NCBI RefSeq assembly: GCF_036365525.1
Contig: NW_027142279.1
Coordinates: 992,001 to 1,056,000 of the forward strand
Reading direction: 5' to 3'
DNA from: Heterodontus francisci
Taxonomy: Eukaryota
Length of the DNA: 64,000 bases
Shown here: piece by piece, positions 60,922 to 64,000 of the stretch
How the letters are laid out: the number at the start of each line of letters is the position of its first letter
Numbering within the stretch: position 1 is the stretch's first letter
Program-made: the position numbers and the translations under genes
Notes under the pieces: generated by a model
Databases searched by the model: none
Told to the model about the DNA's origin: nothing
The model's input: the letters and a program-made list of their open reading frames with translations, nothing else

Positions 60922-62949
60922 CTAAACATTGACAGAGCTCACTTGTGGGAGATAGACCTGTCTATCTGGGGTGTCATTCTATCACTCTGACTATCTGTCA
61001 GTTTCTATGTCTACTTTTGAATGAACGGGCTCTTTGACAGAGTTGTCTAACTAGTTCCCATTCACTGACTAGTTCTCCATTGCACTAATAAATCTCCCCT
61101 TCATCTACTTCTCCAATTGACATCTGGAAGTTACTATTGGATGGTCTTCCACCGTCCTTTCAGTCAGTGCCCTCCACATGATAACAATTCACTGAGGAGA
61201 AAGATTCCACTCATCTCCCACTCTGGTTCCTTTCCCAATTACCTTCAATTCTTGGTCCCTGGTTTATCGACCCTCCTGACAGACGATACCACCCTCTTGA
61301 TACAGTTTCTCTATCAAGACACATCTGACCACGTCTTTCAAATCTCCCCTTACCCTCATTACTCTAATGGACACAAGTCCATACAAATTGGAAATGGTTG
61401 ATCTTGGAACCTTTAATCATGTCTCTGATGATTCATACAGTGCAAAGGCGAGACACCTCTCCAGATCCGTCTCTGACTGGAACACCTGCCTCCAGACGGC
61501 GGCTTCAGCATCTGTTCAAAACTGTTAACCCACTTGTCTCTCAGTCTGTCGGGGTCTTTTGAAGAATTTTCACAGTGACTGGAGTTCAGTGCGGTGAAGA
61601 ACTTAACCCTTTAACTCCCGTTTAGCAGAAGGGGGGAAATGAAACTGTCTTGGCCCTGAAACAAGGCAGCAGGTTGACGGGTCTTATTGGATCATAGAAT
61701 CATGCAGGATAAATCCAGGCCATTCAGCCCATCGATCCTGGCCTAGCTGTTTGAAAGAGCGACCTCCTCCCATCTCTCTTCATCTTACCCTATCAACAGA
61801 TTCTTCAATTACTTTCTCACTCATGTATTTATTCAGCTCCCCCTAAACTGAATCTTCCCTATTCGACCTCAACCCATTCCATTTGGTCTGTAATTCCACA
61901 TTATCACCGCTCCCTGGGTTAAAGAACCTCCTCCTGAATTCCCAATTGGATTTATTAAGGACTACCTTACATTTATGATCCCTGGTTTTCATCTTCCCTG
62001 TCCAATTACTGCCACTCCCTGTTCTTTCTGAATATCCCTGCACTTGATCTTGCAGCTTGTCTGTCTCCTTCCCTACATTACAACAGTGACTGCACTTCAA
62101 AATATATTTGACTGGTTGAGGCTGGAGTGAAGCAGAGAGCTGTCGGGCCGAATGGCGCCGATCTGTGCATTAGCTTCCATCGACTTCTGTGCCACAAGCG
62201 CCAACACGAGTCGAGTAGAAGATTATAACTAATGGCTGAAACAGGTTCAGGGTCTGACACTGAAACGCCTGCAGTATCGGTGCTTGCAGTTACACCTGGA
62301 GCCACTAGGTGCCAGTGTTACTCCACTGTCGCCGCAGCCCAGAACATGCTCAGACAGAGTGAGCTTCACCCACAGCAGCTCCACAGGTCAACTTGGCTGC
62401 TTCTGAAATGTTTCACTTCTCAACTATTTCACACAAAATATTCCGGCAATGGAAGATGAGGTAGATGAGTTTTTAATCTGATCGTTTACGGGTCATTAAG
62501 TATCAATTATGTCAGTGCAACCTTGAAATATTTGCACCCAGATGCCAGTTTGTAGATTTCCAGGTTCTATTTTACAATTGCACTGTCCCAGGTGTTTGTA
62601 GGAAACTAGGAGAGAGCCTGAATGTCCATCCTGACTTTCGCACAACTCCCACATCTATCGTGCCAAGTGTAAAGTAACATTTTCCCCCCATGCTCCCTGT
62701 TTCCAGGTTGAATAACGGGAGATCTGGTGCTCACTTCATGTGATCAAGTGAGAGACAGTTTTCAGAACAGAAGGCTTCACACTGACATGTTGTGATATCC
62801 TCACCCTGCCGGTGGAAGGGCTGTATTAATCAGGTCTGTTCATTGAGGAGGTGAAACTCAGTATGTTGAGGTTTTAAGAGCGGATTTGCTTTTGCAGAAC
62901 ATTGCAAAACATTAAATTAACACAGAAGCTGGAGAGAGTTCACCTTCTT

Positions 62950-63550
62950 AGGCAGTTCCCCGGGGTTGAGGATGATTTGCTTCCACTCCGGTTCAATGGG
63001 TTCTGAGATGGCTGATGAGTCCAGTGTATGATCTGCAGACTCTGTCACATGAGGTGCAGGTGGTGCTTGTAGGATCAGGTAGGTGAGTAGTTTGCAGGTT
63101 TGTGCGCTCCCTCCGATGCCTCGGCCTTACCTCTGCATGTTCCTTAAGTTCCTCGAGGTGTCCAATGCCTTCCCGTTTGTCCTTTCTCCATCTGGGCTTG
63201 GTCAGGAGCCAGGGTCTCCAAGGAGTCGACGTGGATGTTTCATCTCTCCAGGGATGTTGTGAGGACATCTCTGAAGCATTCCCGCTGTCCTCCTGGGGGT
63301 CTCCTGCAACGACCAAGTTCTGAGTAGATCAGTTGCTATGAGGAGTCTGGTGGCAGGAATGTGAATGACATGTCCCAGCCAGTGGAGCTGGTGTGGGGTG
63401 TTTCGCGCCCTGACACTAGACAGGTTGGTTTGGGAGAGGACGATGCTGTTGGACTATCTGTCTTGCCACTGGATTTGGAGGATAATGCGGAGGCACCTCT
63501 GGTGCTACTTCTCCTGTGCTTCGAGGTGTCTACTGTCGGTTCTCCAAGGT
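62950..63550 (-). mobile_element. RTE-clade LINE 3' remnant
   Basis: C-terminal CTSCDRVCRSYTGLISHLRTH zinc-knuckle-like end, preceded by degenerate RTE thumb region. Confidence 0.75.
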
Positions 63551-64000
63551 AAGGTCAGTGTGGAGGTGTATTTGTGAGCAGTGACTGATGGGACAAAGCA
63601 GTTCAGAGTTATCCACTGTCTGGACAAAGAATCACACACAGACTGACCTCAAACTCACGTAATTTTACCAAGGAGTCAAAGAGCAGGGCCTGATCCATAG
63701 TTTTATCCTCATGTACCTGGGTTCCACACTTGGACTGTACATATTTTTTGGTATCCAACCTCCTTGGTTAAAACACACTGGGTGCACTGTGAACATTTCA
63801 GGTCTCCTCATACCTTGGTTAGACTTCATTTGGAGAACGGTGCACAGTTCTGGTCTCATTATACTTTGGTTGGACGAAGACTGGAGCACTGTGCACAGTT
63901 CTGACCACATTTAGATCACGGTATAATTATACATAACAGTAAGGATCGAACAGGCTGGGGTCCTTCTCCAGAAATGAGGGGTGCCCAGATAAGAAGTCTT

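Noticed and set aside
63690-63990. Short ORFs at the window end
   Set aside because: Tandemly repeated CR1 LVRPHLEYCAQFW-derived fragment.
47000-64000. D, J, C segments or trypsinogen exons
   Set aside because: No FGXG J motif with a 12-RSS, no doubly flanked D, and no C1-set or serine-protease motifs seen by eye.

Overview
Eukaryotic, repeat-rich vertebrate DNA, almost certainly cartilaginous fish (shark-type CR1/HER1 LINEs, HE1 V-SINE, Deu-domain SINE). Two immune-type systems are interleaved. (1) T-cell receptor beta V territory: five + strand V segments at 50.6-60.9 kb, each with a 23-bp-spacer RSS (two apparently functional, one intact ORF with a dead heptamer, two pseudogenes). There is also a minus-strand V pseudogene at 23.2-23.6 kb that the ORF track does not show as a V. 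Most V segments resemble mammalian TRBV30. Four tandem CTCF-like motifs directly follow one RSS. (2) A tandem pair of spliced genes for a secreted GP2/uromodulin D8C-domain protein with no ZP module or membrane anchor. One copy is complete (11 coding exons, 29772-43700, 380 aa, two divergent D8C cassettes, S/T/E-rich stalk, small C-terminal module); only the 3' exons of the other (90-11124) are in the window. The rest is 23-, 33-, 37- and 38-bp satellites and nested LINE/SINE insertions; most long ORFs in the track are satellite artefacts or LINE remnants. No D, J, C, rRNA, true tRNA or CRISPR feature was found. Gene models and alignments were built by eye; family assignments rest on remembered motifs and need database confirmation.
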